Positions 42,355 through 52,749 of a stretch of DNA of 64,000 bases are shown here, in pieces. The DNA comes from an uncultured Collinsella sp. (GTDB lineage: Bacteria > Actinomycetota > Coriobacteriia > Coriobacteriales > Coriobacteriaceae): assembly GCA_902494555.1 (NCBI GenBank), contig CABUTR010000003.1, forward strand, positions 12,651-76,650, in the 5' to 3' direction. A program made the position numbers and the translations under genes. Under the pieces are notes generated by a model that was not told the DNA's origin, ran no database searches, and was given only the letters and a program-made list of their open reading frames with translations. The stretch's first letter is position 1. Every line of letters begins with the position of its first letter.

Positions 42355-43344
42355 ATGGTAAGTATTGTTCTTGCTAGCCACGGGGACTTGGCAGCTGGAA
42401 TCAAGCAGACGGGCTCGATGGTCTTTGGCGATCAGCCGTCTGTAGCCGTGGTCTCGCTCGAGCCGAGCATGGGCCCCGACGACTTCCGTGCCAAGGTCGA
42501 GGAAGCAATCGCTTCCTTCGAGGACCAGGAGCAGGTGCTCTTCCTCGTTGATCTGTGGGGCGGCACGCCGTTCAACCAGATCAGCGGGCTCATCGAGGGC
42601 CACGATTCCTGGGCTATCGTCACCGGTGTCAACCTGCCTATGCTCATCGAGGCATATTCGCAGCGCTTTGACGCAAAGAACACTGCACATGCGATCGCAA
42701 AACATCTCGTGACTGAGGCTAAGGCTGGCGTGCGCGTCAAGCCCGAGTCTCTGGAGCCCGAGGAGAAGAAGCCGGCTGCGGCCGCCGCTGCTCCTGCAGG
42801 CGCCATCCCTCCGGGAACGGTCATCGGCGACGGGCACATCAAGATTGCCCACGTCCGTATCGACACCCGTCTGCTGCATGGTCAGGTGGCCACCACGTGG
42901 ACCAAGCAGATCAACCCCAACCGCATCATCGTGGTTTCCGACGGCGTTGCTCACGACGAGCTCCGCAAGACCATGATCGAGCAGGCTGCCCCTCCGGGAG
43001 TCCATGCCAACGTCGTTCCCATCAAGAAGATGGCCGAGGTCGTCAAGGACACGCGCTTTGGTGACACCAAGGCCATGCTGCTCTTCGAGAACCCGCAGGA
43101 TCTGCTCAAGGCCATCGAGGCCGGCGTCGACATCAAGGAAGTCAACATCGGTTCCATGGCTCACTCCAAGGGCAAGGTCGTCGTCACCAACGCCGTCGCT
43201 ATGGGCGATGACGACGTCAAGACTCTCGAGGCCCTCAAGGCCAAGGGCGTCAAGTTCGAGGTCCGCAAGGTTCCTTCGGATTCCTCCGAGGATCTCGACG
43301 CCATGTTGAAGAAAGCTAAGGCCGAACTGGCCGCTCAAGCATAG
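42355..43344 (+). CDS. manL: Mannose-family PTS EIIAB
   Basis: IVLASHG, DLWGGTP, Ala/Pro linker, RIDTRLLHGQV. Confidence 0.95.
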   Translation: MVSIVLASHGDLAAGIKQTGSMVFGDQPSVAVVSLEPSMGPDDFRAKVEEAIASFEDQEQVLFLVDLWGGTPFNQISGLIEGHDSWAIVTGVNLPMLIEAYSQRFDAKNTAHAIAKHLVTEAKAGVRVKPESLEPEEKKPAAAAAAPAGAIPPGTVIGDGHIKIAHVRIDTRLLHGQVATTWTKQINPNRIIVVSDGVAHDELRKTMIEQAAPPGVHANVVPIKKMAEVVKDTRFGDTKAMLLFENPQDLLKAIEAGVDIKEVNIGSMAHSKGKVVVTNAVAMGDDDVKTLEALKAKGVKFEVRKVPSDSSEDLDAMLKKAKAELAAQA

Positions 43345-43362
43345 TAAAGGAGGGTCCGATAC

Positions 43363-44181
43363 ATGTCTGCAATCACTATTCTGCTTGTTGCGATTGTCGC
43401 GTTGCTTGCCGGTATGGAAGGCATTCTGGATGAGTTCCAGTTCCATCAGCCGCTCGTGGCATGCACGCTTATCGGTCTCGTAACCGGTCACCTTCAGGAG
43501 GGCATCCTCCTGGGCGGTTCGCTCCAGATGATGGCCCTTGGCTGGGCTAACGTCGGCGCCGCCGTCGCGCCTGACGCCGCTCTGGCCTCGGTCGCTTCTT
43601 CGATCATCATGGTGCTCGCCCTCAACGGTGGCGCCACCGACTCGGCCAAGGCCGTTACCGCCGCTATCGCCGTCGCCGTCCCGCTGTCGGTCGCTGGTCT
43701 GTTCCTGACCATGATCTGCCGTACCCTGGCCACCGCTATCGCTCACGCCATGGACGGTTGCGCCGAGAAGGGCGACTTCTCCGGCATCGAGCGCTGGCAG
43801 TACGCTGCCATCCTCATGCAGGGCCTTCGTATCGCCATCCCGGCAGTACTTCTGTGCATCATCCCGGCTGAGGCTGTTACCAACGCGCTTAACGCTATGC
43901 CCGACTGGCTGTCCGGCGGCATGGCTGTCGGCGGCGGCATGGTCGCTTCCGTCGGTTACGCCATGGTCATCAACATGATGGCCACCAAGGAGACCTGGCC
44001 GTTCTTCATCCTCGGCTTTGTCCTTGCTGCCATCCCTCAGCTCACGCTGATCGCCCTTGGTCTCATCGGCATCTCCCTTGCCCTCATCTACCTTGGCCTT
44101 AAGGATCTGGCCAAGCAGGGTGGCGGCATGGGCGGTGGCTCCGGCGACCCGCTCGGCGACATTCTGAACGATTACGAGTAG
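43363..44181 (+). CDS. manM: Mannose-family PTS EIIC
   Basis: LDEFQFHQPLVACTLIG, GWANVGAAVAPD. Confidence 0.95.
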   Translation: MSAITILLVAIVALLAGMEGILDEFQFHQPLVACTLIGLVTGHLQEGILLGGSLQMMALGWANVGAAVAPDAALASVASSIIMVLALNGGATDSAKAVTAAIAVAVPLSVAGLFLTMICRTLATAIAHAMDGCAEKGDFSGIERWQYAAILMQGLRIAIPAVLLCIIPAEAVTNALNAMPDWLSGGMAVGGGMVASVGYAMVINMMATKETWPFFILGFVLAAIPQLTLIALGLIGISLALIYLGLKDLAKQGGGMGGGSGDPLGDILNDYE

Positions 44182-44197
44182 GAGGGGAGTGATACAT

Positions 44198-45118
44198 ATG
44201 GCAGAGAACAAGATTCAGCTCACCAAGGCTGACCGCAAGAAGGTTTGCTTCCGTCATCAGTTCCTTCAGGGCTCGTGGAACTACGAGCGTATGCAGAACG
44301 GCGGCTGGTGCTTCGCAATGATCCCTGCGATCAAGAAGCTCTACACCAGCAAGGATGACCAGATTGCCGCTCTTAAGCGCCACCTGGAGTTCTATAACAC
44401 GCACCCCTATGTTTCCGCCCCCGTCATTGGCGTTACCCTCGCTCTCGAGGAGGAGCGCGCTAACGGTGCTCCGATTGACGACGTCGCCATTCAGGGCGTC
44501 AAGGTCGGTATGATGGGCCCGCTCGCCGGCGTCGGCGACCCCGCCTTCTGGTTCACCCTTCGCCCGATTCTGGGCGCTCTGGGCGCTTCCCTGGCCCTGT
44601 CCGGCAGCATTGCCGGTCCGCTGCTGTTCTTCTTCGCGTGGAACATCATCCGTTACGCCTTCCTGTGGTACACGCAGGAGTTTGGCTACAAGGTCGGCTC
44701 CTCCATCGCCAAGGACCTCTCCGGCGGTCTGATGGGCAAGGTCACCGAGGGTGCTTCCATCCTGGGTATGTTCATCATCGGCGCCCTGGTCGAGCGCTGG
44801 GTGTCCATCTCCTTCACCCCGGTCGTCTCCAAGGTCACGCAGTCTGCTGGCGCCTTTATCGACTGGGCTAACCTGCCCTCCGGTTCTGAGGGTGTCAAGG
44901 AAGCACTGACGATGTATAACTCCATCGGTGCTAACGCCCTTGATCAGGTGAAGGTCACCACGCTTCAGGCCAACCTCGATCAGCTCATCCCTGGCCTTGC
45001 CGCCGTGTGCCTGACCCTGCTGGTCTGCAAGCTCCTCAAGAAGAAGGTCAGCCCGATCGTCATCATCCTGGCTCTCTTCGCCATCGGCATCATCGGTCGC
45101 GTCTGCGGCTTCATGTAA
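44198..45118 (+). CDS. manN: Mannose-family PTS EIID
   Basis: SWNYERMQN, FYNTHP, MGPLAGVGD. Confidence 0.95.
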   Translation: MAENKIQLTKADRKKVCFRHQFLQGSWNYERMQNGGWCFAMIPAIKKLYTSKDDQIAALKRHLEFYNTHPYVSAPVIGVTLALEEERANGAPIDDVAIQGVKVGMMGPLAGVGDPAFWFTLRPILGALGASLALSGSIAGPLLFFFAWNIIRYAFLWYTQEFGYKVGSSIAKDLSGGLMGKVTEGASILGMFIIGALVERWVSISFTPVVSKVTQSAGAFIDWANLPSGSEGVKEALTMYNSIGANALDQVKVTTLQANLDQLIPGLAAVCLTLLVCKLLKKKVSPIVIILALFAIGIIGRVCGFM

Positions 45119-45238
45119 GCACGTTTCGGCTTAAGACCGAGAATTGCTAGGCAAGGGCTTTTGAGCCATTGAAACGGACCGCACCCGGTGGGTACACTGG
45201 ATGCGGTCCGATTGTTTTATTTGGAGGGCGAGGCGCGC

Positions 45239-45637
45239 ATGGCGCAATCTCAGAACAGCACGGTCGATCTGGCAACGCCGGCGACCTGCCTCATGGGGCT
45301 TACCAGCCACGGTAACGTGATGGTGGGAAACAAGGCGTTTGAGTACTATAACGAGCGCAATCCCGAGGATTATATCCAAATCCCGTGGGATGAGGTCGAC
45401 TACATCGCCGCCGAGGTTTTGCGCGGCACCAAGAAGATTACGCGTTTTGCCATCTTCACCAAGGACAACGGTCACTTTACGTTTTCGACGCGCGACGACA
45501 AAGAGACGCTGCGTGCGATCCGTAAGTATGTAGACGAGGACAAGCTCGTGCGTTCGCCCGATTTTATCGACGTAACGACCAAGGGCGCCAAGAGCATCCC
45601 CGCTGCCATCAAGAGCCTTTTCCACAGAGACAGCTAA
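45239..45637 (+). CDS. DUF956 (ManO-like) protein
   Basis: MAQSQNS...GNVMVGNKAFEYYNERNPEDYIQIPW; position after manN. Confidence 0.88.
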   Translation: MAQSQNSTVDLATPATCLMGLTSHGNVMVGNKAFEYYNERNPEDYIQIPWDEVDYIAAEVLRGTKKITRFAIFTKDNGHFTFSTRDDKETLRAIRKYVDEDKLVRSPDFIDVTTKGAKSIPAAIKSLFHRDS

Positions 45638-45655
45638 TCGTTGGCGATAGATGGC

Positions 45656-45705
45656 GGAAAATGCATCCCGGAATTTGTTCTCATTCCGGGATGCATTTTC
45701 CTTTT
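45656..45705 (+). terminator. Intrinsic terminator
   Basis: GGAAAATGCATCCCGGAAT...ATTCCGGGATGCATTTTCC followed by TTTT. Confidence 0.8.
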
Positions 45706-45866
45706 GAGGGCCAGTTGGGAAAGCTTGTCCCATTATTTCGCGTTATTCCGGGTTATTCTTTCCGATATTGAGGATTGCCCTCGGAAACTATTCGCTATAG
45801 AGCCTTCTCGATGAGTGGCCATGCGCTACATGGCAAAGGGGTAAATCTGCTACACTAGTACAACAT

Positions 45867-45942
45867 GCCTCCGTAGCTCAGGGGATAGAGCACCGCTCTC
45901 CTAAAGCGGGTGTCGACGGTTCGAATCCGCCCGGGGGCACCA
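45867..45942 (+). tRNA. tRNA-Arg (anticodon CCT)
   Basis: 76-nt cloverleaf: acceptor GCCTCCG/CGGGGGC, anticodon arm CCGCT-CTCCTAA-AGCGG, TTCGAAT loop, encoded CCA. Confidence 0.96.
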
Positions 45943-46031
45943 GGGAATATGACGGCGTCGCGGGAGCGGCGCCGTTTCTGGTTTGCGGGGGCCGCCGTGC
46001 TGCTCGCCCGTGGGGGACTGGCATCTGTTTC

Positions 46032-47232
46032 CTAGAGTGCGCTGCGGTAAATCTTTCTCGCGTTGTCCAGCGTGAGCTTCCTGAAGCTGCCGAAGAGCTC
46101 TCCGCGGTTGATCTTGAGGCCCGGAATCATCTTTTCGATATCGTCCTCGGTGACTCCGAACTCCGATAGCGCGCGCGGCATTCCCAGCGAGACGAAGAAA
46201 TCCTGCAGCTCGTCGATGGTCGCTTCGACCGCGTACTCGATTGCCTGCTCGGGGGTTACCTCCACATCGAGCTCGTCCGCGTCCGAATCGATGGGTTCGA
46301 TGCCAAGGGCCTGGGCGCTGAACTCCAGGAAGCGCTCAGGGTGCTCTCGCCATACGTAGCGCATCCAGGCGGGGAAGATGACGGCGAGGCCGGCGCCGTG
46401 CGTGATCTTGGTGTCCAGTGCGGATAGCTCGTGCTCAAGGCCGCGGCAGGTCCAATCGCCGTCGCGCAGGGCGTTATGGGCGAGCGTACCCACCCACATG
46501 ATCTCGGCGCGGGCGTCGTAGTCATCGGGGTTCTCCATCACCTTGGGCGCCGCCTCCCTCGCGGCGCGCACTAGCCCGCAGGCGATGTTGTCGGTTACGC
46601 CCACGGCGGGCTCGCCGGAGAAGAGTCGCTCCATGATATGGGCGATCATGTCGGTCACTCCCGCGGCGGTCTGGCAGGCGGGCAGGCTGAAGGTCAGCTC
46701 CGGGTCGAGGAAGGCGATGGCCGGGCGGTTGAGGTCCGTGTTAATGCTGCATTTGAGGTGCTCCTCGTCGTTGCTGATAACGCAGGAGTTAGAGGCCTCG
46801 GAACCGGATGCGGGGATGGTCACCACGCAGGCGACGTCGATGCGGTCGGCGGGAACGGCGCGCTTGCGGAAGAAGTCCCATACGTCGCCGTCGTATACCG
46901 CCCCAGTGCGATGGCCTTCGCGCAGTCCATGACGGAGCCGCCGCCCACGGGCAGGATGATGTCGGCGTCGTTTGCCCGTGCGAGCTCGACGCCTTCTCGT
47001 GCCAAGCCTATTTCGGGGTTTGGACGCACCCCTCCAAGCCCGATGTGCTCCACGCCCGCGGCATCGAGCGATGCCCTCACGCGGACGAGCGTTCCGCAGC
47101 GAACTGCGGAACCCCTGCCGTAGACAATGAGCGCTCAGCGGTAGCCGGAGGCGGACAGAGTCCCCCAACCTTGTCGGTCGCTTTTCGCCCAAAGACAAAG
47201 CGGGTGGGGGAGTAGAAGGAGAAATCGTTCAT
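46032..47232 (-). pseudogene. Iron-containing alcohol (butanol) dehydrogenase pseudogene
   Basis: MNDFSFYSPTRFVFG start at 47232; GVRPNP, GGGSVMD, GSE, DPELT, DMIAH, HGAGL lie in different frames; in-frame TGA at 47135-47137; shifts near 47163 and 46902. Confidence 0.9.
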
Positions 47233-47489
47233 GGAGCTCTAATCTGGCGTTTCGCCCTACATGCGCGGAGGAGTTTTTCGGGCGCATCGCCTGCGTTCGC
47301 GTCGCAATCTCGGCGGCGCGGTGCGGTCCGTGGATTCCATCGTATCGCCCGCGGCACCCCTTACCGACGATTGAGGCGAGTCTGCATTTCGCGGCGCGAC
47401 GTCCACCTGGCGGACGATATCCGTTCGCGACACGTGGCCGTCCCGGTCGCAATAGCGTATGCGCACCGGGTTGCCGAGATGGGCCTGCG

Positions 47490-47619
47490 ACCCCTTCTCC
47501 TGATGCGAGCGCGCGAGACGGGCGAGCAGCGGCGCGAGCACCTGCTCGACCGTCTCCTCCCGATACCACGCCGCCACGGGCAACCCGTTCACGTCAAACC
47601 CGTACGTTCGCCATGCCAT
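47490..47619 (-). pseudogene. N-terminal remnant of a YggC/FrcK-like P-loop kinase
   Basis: MAWRTYGFDVNGLPVAAWYREETVEQVLAPLLARLARSHQEKG resembles the YggC N-terminus but breaks off before the P-loop. Confidence 0.55.
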
Positions 47620-47912
47620 TCGCCTCGCCGCCTTCGCCGAACGAAACCGCGTATCCAGACCGCCGGTCCCCCACCCAGCACTTCGACGAGCCTTCGCGCT
47701 CACTTCTGCGGTCGGGATGCGCCCGCAAGGCGCTCGGCAGGCAGCGCCATTTCCGCTCGCTGTGTCGAGCGCGAGTGTCGAGAAGTCGCCATATGCCACT
47801 CAGATGTAGCATGGAGTGCCGAAGCGCACGCGCCCGTGACGAAACACTGGCGCCAACCCGTTCCGCGCACCACCCCGCCCGTAAGGTGTGTGGCGAAAGG
47901 AGGACCAGCCGC

Positions 47913-48103
47913 ATGAACATCCCCGAGACACAGAGCCTACCTCGATCGCATTCCGCACGAGCTTCTCTGACATTTCCGCCCATTACCACGTGGAGGTCCC
48001 CGTCGCGGAGATCGCCTACGCATACGACTACATCAATTCCCGGCATGCCCCGCGCAGGCAGGCCACGCTGAACGACGGGTCCGCGGCCCGGCAGGACGAA
48101 TGA
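47913..48103 (+). pseudogene. Internally deleted copy of the LevR-like regulator at 52750-55503
   Basis: First ~37 nt and last ~155 nt match the ends of the intact gene; joined at GCAT. Confidence 0.92.
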
Positions 48104-48166
48104 CGCGCTTCGGCACAGGCCATGCCGAAACGCGTCACGCAAGCAAAGGAAGGAAGCCAACATCAC

Positions 48167-48655
48167 ATGAGCATCATCGCAGCACGCATCGACAACCGCC
48201 TGCTACACGGCATAGTGGCAACCCAGTGGGTACCCGAGTTCCGTCCGCAGCGTCTCATGGTCATCGATGACATCGTCGCCAACGACCCGACCAAGAAGGC
48301 CGCCATGCGGATGGCAAAGCCCTCGGGAGTCGCCCTCTCCATTATCAACAAGGAGACGGCTCTCACGAACTATCGGGCGGGCAAGTACGACGACCACACG
48401 GTCTTCATCGTGGCGCGAGACCCCCAGACCATCCTCGACGTCATACAGACGGGCCAGGTTGTTCCCACACTCGTGGTCGGAGGCACAGTCTTTCCCGAAG
48501 AGGGGTCAGACGCCGTCCAGGTGAGCAGTCGCGCCTACGTCACCAAAGACGAGCTGCCCGCATATCGAGCGATTGCTGGCACCGGCTGCGACATCACCGT
48601 TCGCTATGTGCCGGCCGACAAGCCCGTAGAGCTCTCCAGCATCATCACGCTTTAG
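48167..48655 (+). CDS. Mannose/fructose/sorbose-family PTS EIIB
   Basis: ARIDNRLLHGIVATQW. Confidence 0.92.
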   Translation: MSIIAARIDNRLLHGIVATQWVPEFRPQRLMVIDDIVANDPTKKAAMRMAKPSGVALSIINKETALTNYRAGKYDDHTVFIVARDPQTILDVIQTGQVVPTLVVGGTVFPEEGSDAVQVSSRAYVTKDELPAYRAIAGTGCDITVRYVPADKPVELSSIITL

Positions 48656-48670
48656 CAAGGGAGTGAACTT

Positions 48671-49444
48671 ATGACACCATCCATCATCCAGATAGCCGTC
48701 GTTACACTCATCGCCTTCATCTACGGAGCCGAGAAGAACGCGGGACAAATTCTCACGAACATGTCCGTCACGCCAGCATGGTTCGTCGGACTTGCGCTCG
48801 GCGACCCCGTAACCGGCCTCGCCGTCGGCGCCATCGTCCAACTCATGAGCCTGGGCGTGGCGGCCATGGGAGGAGCCTCCGTCCCCGACTATCCCACTGC
48901 CGCCATCATTGGCGCCGTCGTTGCCATCACCTCGGGTCAGGAGGCGAGCGTCGGCGTTGCCGCCGGAATCGCAGTCGGCATGCTCGGCCTTCAGCTCGAC
49001 GTCATCGCCAAGACGGCAAACGGCTTCCTCGGGCGTACCTCGCAGCGCTTTGCCGAAGAGGGCAAGTACTCGCAGATGAAGAGCGTACTTTTCCTCGGTC
49101 CGGTCTTCTATGGCCTTACGGCGGCCATCCCCACGTTTGCCGTACTGCTCTTTGGCGCCGATGCCGTCAACGCTTTCCTCTCCGTCATGCCCTCCTGGTT
49201 CACGACCGGCCTCTCCATCGCCGCCGGTATCCTCCCCGTCGTCGGCCTTGCGATGCTTCTGTCCTTCATGCCAATGAAGAAATTCATCGCCTACGCCATC
49301 GTTGGCTTCGTTCTGGCCGCCTACCTGCAGATAAGCATTCTCCCCATTGCCCTGCTCGGTGCCGCCGCGGCCATCGAGTACTACAAGTCGCACAGCAATC
49401 CGTCCGTAAACGCCCTCGACGCTGGAGGTCTGGAAGATGAGTAA
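48671..49444 (+). CDS. Mannose-family PTS EIIC
   Basis: GLALGDPVTG, LGVAAMGGASVPD, LPVVGLAMLL. Confidence 0.92.
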   Translation: MTPSIIQIAVVTLIAFIYGAEKNAGQILTNMSVTPAWFVGLALGDPVTGLAVGAIVQLMSLGVAAMGGASVPDYPTAAIIGAVVAITSGQEASVGVAAGIAVGMLGLQLDVIAKTANGFLGRTSQRFAEEGKYSQMKSVLFLGPVFYGLTAAIPTFAVLLFGADAVNAFLSVMPSWFTTGLSIAAGILPVVGLAMLLSFMPMKKFIAYAIVGFVLAAYLQISILPIALLGAAAAIEYYKSHSNPSVNALDAGGLEDE

Positions 49445-50297
49445 CGAAGTTAACGCCACCAAGGCAAACGAAGCGCCAACCCGCCTGGCAGACGGAACGT
49501 ACCAGCCAGTCCTCACCGTTTCCGATCTCGACCGTTGCGGCCGCCGCTGGATGCTCGGCGCGTCCATCTATAACTATGAGTCCCAGTGTGCCCCGGCGGT
49601 CATGTTCGCAACCGAACCCGCCCTGCGCAAGATCTATGCAGGAGACGAGGAGGGCTACCGCAGGTCACTTCTGAGCACCTATCGCTATTACAATGCGACT
49701 CCCCAGGTAAGCGGCCTGCTCCTCGGCGCCGGCCTAGCCTTGGAGGACAAGGGGCACAATGACGCCATCGACGCGGTCCAAGACCTTAAGATTGGCCTCA
49801 TGGGCTCCCTCTCAGGAGTCGGCGATACGATCTTCGCCATCCTCATTCCCACCATCTTCGGCTCCATCGCCGCCTACATGGGACAGGCGGGAAACCCCGT
49901 CGGCGTGCTTCTCTGGCTCGCCGTCGCCATCGCCATCTTCGTATGGAAGCTCTTTGACTGGCGCATAGGCTATAAGTTCGGCGACAAGCTCTTCACGACC
50001 CTTGCCGAGAAGATGTCCGTTTTCACCGAGTCGACGTCGGCACTTGGCATGATGGTCGTCGGTGCGCTCATCCCCACCGTCATCAAGGTCTCGTGTGGTC
50101 TCACGTTCACCATGGGTGACGTCACGCTCGACGTCCAGACGGGCATCCTCGACCAAATCATGGTCGGCATGCTGCCCGTAATAGCCACAGCCATCGTCTA
50201 CGCCCTCGTCAAGCGCAAGGTCAGCATCAACAAGATTGTCCTCGGCATCCTCATCATCTCGTGGGTGTGCGCGGCTTTCGGCATTCTTGCTGCCTAG
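49437..50297 (+). CDS. Mannose-family PTS EIID
   Basis: YNYESQ, YYNATP, MGSLSGVGD. Confidence 0.92.
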   Translation: MSNEVNATKANEAPTRLADGTYQPVLTVSDLDRCGRRWMLGASIYNYESQCAPAVMFATEPALRKIYAGDEEGYRRSLLSTYRYYNATPQVSGLLLGAGLALEDKGHNDAIDAVQDLKIGLMGSLSGVGDTIFAILIPTIFGSIAAYMGQAGNPVGVLLWLAVAIAIFVWKLFDWRIGYKFGDKLFTTLAEKMSVFTESTSALGMMVVGALIPTVIKVSCGLTFTMGDVTLDVQTGILDQIMVGMLPVIATAIVYALVKRKVSINKIVLGILIISWVCAAFGILAA

Positions 50298-50330
50298 CCT
50301 AGGGCTAGACCAACCCACAAAGGACGCATT

Positions 50331-50735
50331 ATGAGGCACATCATCATTGCATCGCACTACGGCCTGGCAGCCGGACTCGGAGACACGCTCAAGGCCATCA
50401 TAGGACCGGGGCACGACATCAGGGTTGTCTGCGCGTTTACAGACGAAACCCCGCTCGAGGAGAAGCTCGCCAGCGCATTCGAGGGCATCGCCGAAGATGA
50501 CGAGACCCTCGTTCTCACCGACATCCTTCAGGGCAGCGTAAACCAGCTCGTAGCCTGCTCGGCTCCGCGAGGCGCGTTCATAGTGACCGGCGTAAACCTT
50601 CCCGTGGCCCTCGAGCTCTCGCTCCACGCCGGACAGCTTACTCCCGATGTGGTGAGGCATGCCGTCACCCAAGCCAAAGAGCAGCTCGTCTACCTCGGAG
50701 ATCTTACTCCGGACGTTGACGAAGAAGACGAATAG
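50331..50735 (+). CDS. Mannose-family PTS EIIA
   Basis: IIIASH, TDILQGSVNQ, TGVNLP. Confidence 0.9.
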   Translation: MRHIIIASHYGLAAGLGDTLKAIIGPGHDIRVVCAFTDETPLEEKLASAFEGIAEDDETLVLTDILQGSVNQLVACSAPRGAFIVTGVNLPVALELSLHAGQLTPDVVRHAVTQAKEQLVYLGDLTPDVDEEDE

Positions 50736-50764
50736 GAAAGACGCGACAGTAAGGAGGACGAGAC

Positions 50765-52201
50765 ATGCGCAAAGTCCCGACCAATAACCAGCACCTGTTC
50801 TACCAACCGAAGGACGTGTGGGTGGGAGACGTCATGCCCTTCGGCAAGGACGGCACGTTCTATCTATACCACCAGCGTGACACGCGCGACCCCGCTCCGC
50901 TTGCCGAAGGACAGCCCTTTGGGTGGTCGCTCGCGACCACCCAGGACTTCGTGACGTACCAGGAACACGGAACGGCGATCCCCCACGGCGGAGAAGACGA
51001 CCAAGACCAGTTCATCTACGCCGGAACCGTTTACGAGGCAAAAGGGGAGGTACGCGCTTTCTATACCGGGTTCAACCGCAACTACCTGCGAGAAGGCAAA
51101 ACGTCCCAGGTGCTCATGCAGGCGAAGGCCTGCTCGGATGATTATGCGACGTGGAAAAAGACGGGCGTTGCAGTAGAGCTCACGCCTCAGCCAGGATACG
51201 ATGGGCGCAACTGGCGCGACCCTTTCGTAATATGGGATGACGACCGGAAGGAATACCTCCTCGTACTGGGCACGCGTAAGGGAGACGACCCCTCCAAAAC
51301 CCTCCAAACTGGCAGGCTCGTTCACTTTACGTCGAAGGACCTCGAGCACTGGCAGTTCAAGGGCGACTTCTGGGCCCCCGGCCTCTACACCATGTTCGAA
51401 ATGCCAGACATTTTTAAAATTGGCGATTGGTGGTACCTGGTCTACTCTGAGTACAGCGACGAGAACAAGATCGTCTACCGCATGAGCCGCGATCTCTACG
51501 GTCCGTGGGAGAAGCCGAGAGATGACGCCTTCGACGGGAGGGCGTATTACGCCGGACGGACCGCCTTCGACGGATCGCGCAGGATTCTGTCCGGCTGGGT
51601 CCCCACGCGCGAGAACGACGATGACCGGGCCAACTGGCTTTGGGGTGGCTCGTTTATGCCCCATGAGGTGTACCAGCGCCCCAATGGCACCCTCGGCGTT
51701 CGCCCTCCCCAAAGCATAAAGGATGCGTTCGAGTGCCCTGATGCCGTCCCGGATATCGAGCTTCGCGGAGACCACGAACGAACGGAGTGCGTAATCACCG
51801 AAAACGCAGGCGAGATCTTCTGCTTCGAGGCAGACGTGACGTTCAGGGACGCTTGCGACTTCTCAATTCGAGCCTACAAGAATCTCGAGACCGACGAGTC
51901 GTACGAATACCGCTTCGACCTCGACGCGAATCGGCTCTCGTTCGATAAGAGCCCCTGTTACAAGTGGTTCCGCGTAATGGATAAGGGGCTTTGGAGGCCA
52001 GTCTGGCTCGAGTCCGGGCGTTCTTACCACCTGCAGCTCATCGTTGACGACAACATCCTCGTCCTCTACCTCGACGGTACCGCACTCACGACACGCGTCT
52101 GCGAGAAGTTCGGCCACTCGCTTGCTGTTACGGTAACGAATGGCGAACTCAAACTGTCCAACATAGCCTTGGCGAAGGGGCTGCGCGAACAGGAAAAGTA
52201 A
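50765..52201 (+). CDS. GH32 beta-fructofuranosidase-family hydrolase, cytoplasmic
   Basis: WVGDVMP nucleophile region, WRDPF, FEMPD, YYAG; C-terminal beta-sandwich; no signal peptide. Confidence 0.88.
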   Translation: MRKVPTNNQHLFYQPKDVWVGDVMPFGKDGTFYLYHQRDTRDPAPLAEGQPFGWSLATTQDFVTYQEHGTAIPHGGEDDQDQFIYAGTVYEAKGEVRAFYTGFNRNYLREGKTSQVLMQAKACSDDYATWKKTGVAVELTPQPGYDGRNWRDPFVIWDDDRKEYLLVLGTRKGDDPSKTLQTGRLVHFTSKDLEHWQFKGDFWAPGLYTMFEMPDIFKIGDWWYLVYSEYSDENKIVYRMSRDLYGPWEKPRDDAFDGRAYYAGRTAFDGSRRILSGWVPTRENDDDRANWLWGGSFMPHEVYQRPNGTLGVRPPQSIKDAFECPDAVPDIELRGDHERTECVITENAGEIFCFEADVTFRDACDFSIRAYKNLETDESYEYRFDLDANRLSFDKSPCYKWFRVMDKGLWRPVWLESGRSYHLQLIVDDNILVLYLDGTALTTRVCEKFGHSLAVTVTNGELKLSNIALAKGLREQEK

Positions 52202-52749
52202 GCCAGTGAACCTCGTCGCCACAGCGACTCCCCCAGCAAAACACGCGAACAACGGGTCCGGCCGCATTCCGGCGACCGGACTCGTCCTGTGCCCTGATGG
52301 CACATGGCCCCGGGCTGCCGACAGCGAGGCGGCCTTAGGGGCCTCGCCTACAGATTCCTGAGTGCGTCGACGAGGGAGACCTTGCCCGCGGTGACCTCGT
52401 CGGCCTGCTTGATGACCTTTGCGGGCACGACGGCCACCACAGCGCCGGCGGCAGAGTCGATTCGAGCGATGTGGTCAGAGACGGAGCGAACGGCGAGCCG
52501 CTTGCCGACAGGGAGGCAGTCAAAGGTGGCAAAGCGCACTCCTACGGTTGGGATACGCCCGTGAGGCGCTCGGCGGACAGCGCTGTTGCCGCTCGCTGTG
52601 TCGAGCGCAGGTGTCGAGAAGTCGCCATATGTCACTACAGATGTATCATGGAGTGCCGAAGTTCACGTGCCCGTGACAAAACGCGGGCGCCAACCCGTCC
52701 CGAGCACCACCCCGCCCGTAAGGTGTGGGACGAAAGGAGGACCAGCCGC

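Noticed and set aside
52340..52460. Minus-strand fragment ending VVPAKVIKQADEVTAGKVSLVDALRNL
   Set aside because: Looks like a gene 3' remnant but has no start and I cannot assign a family
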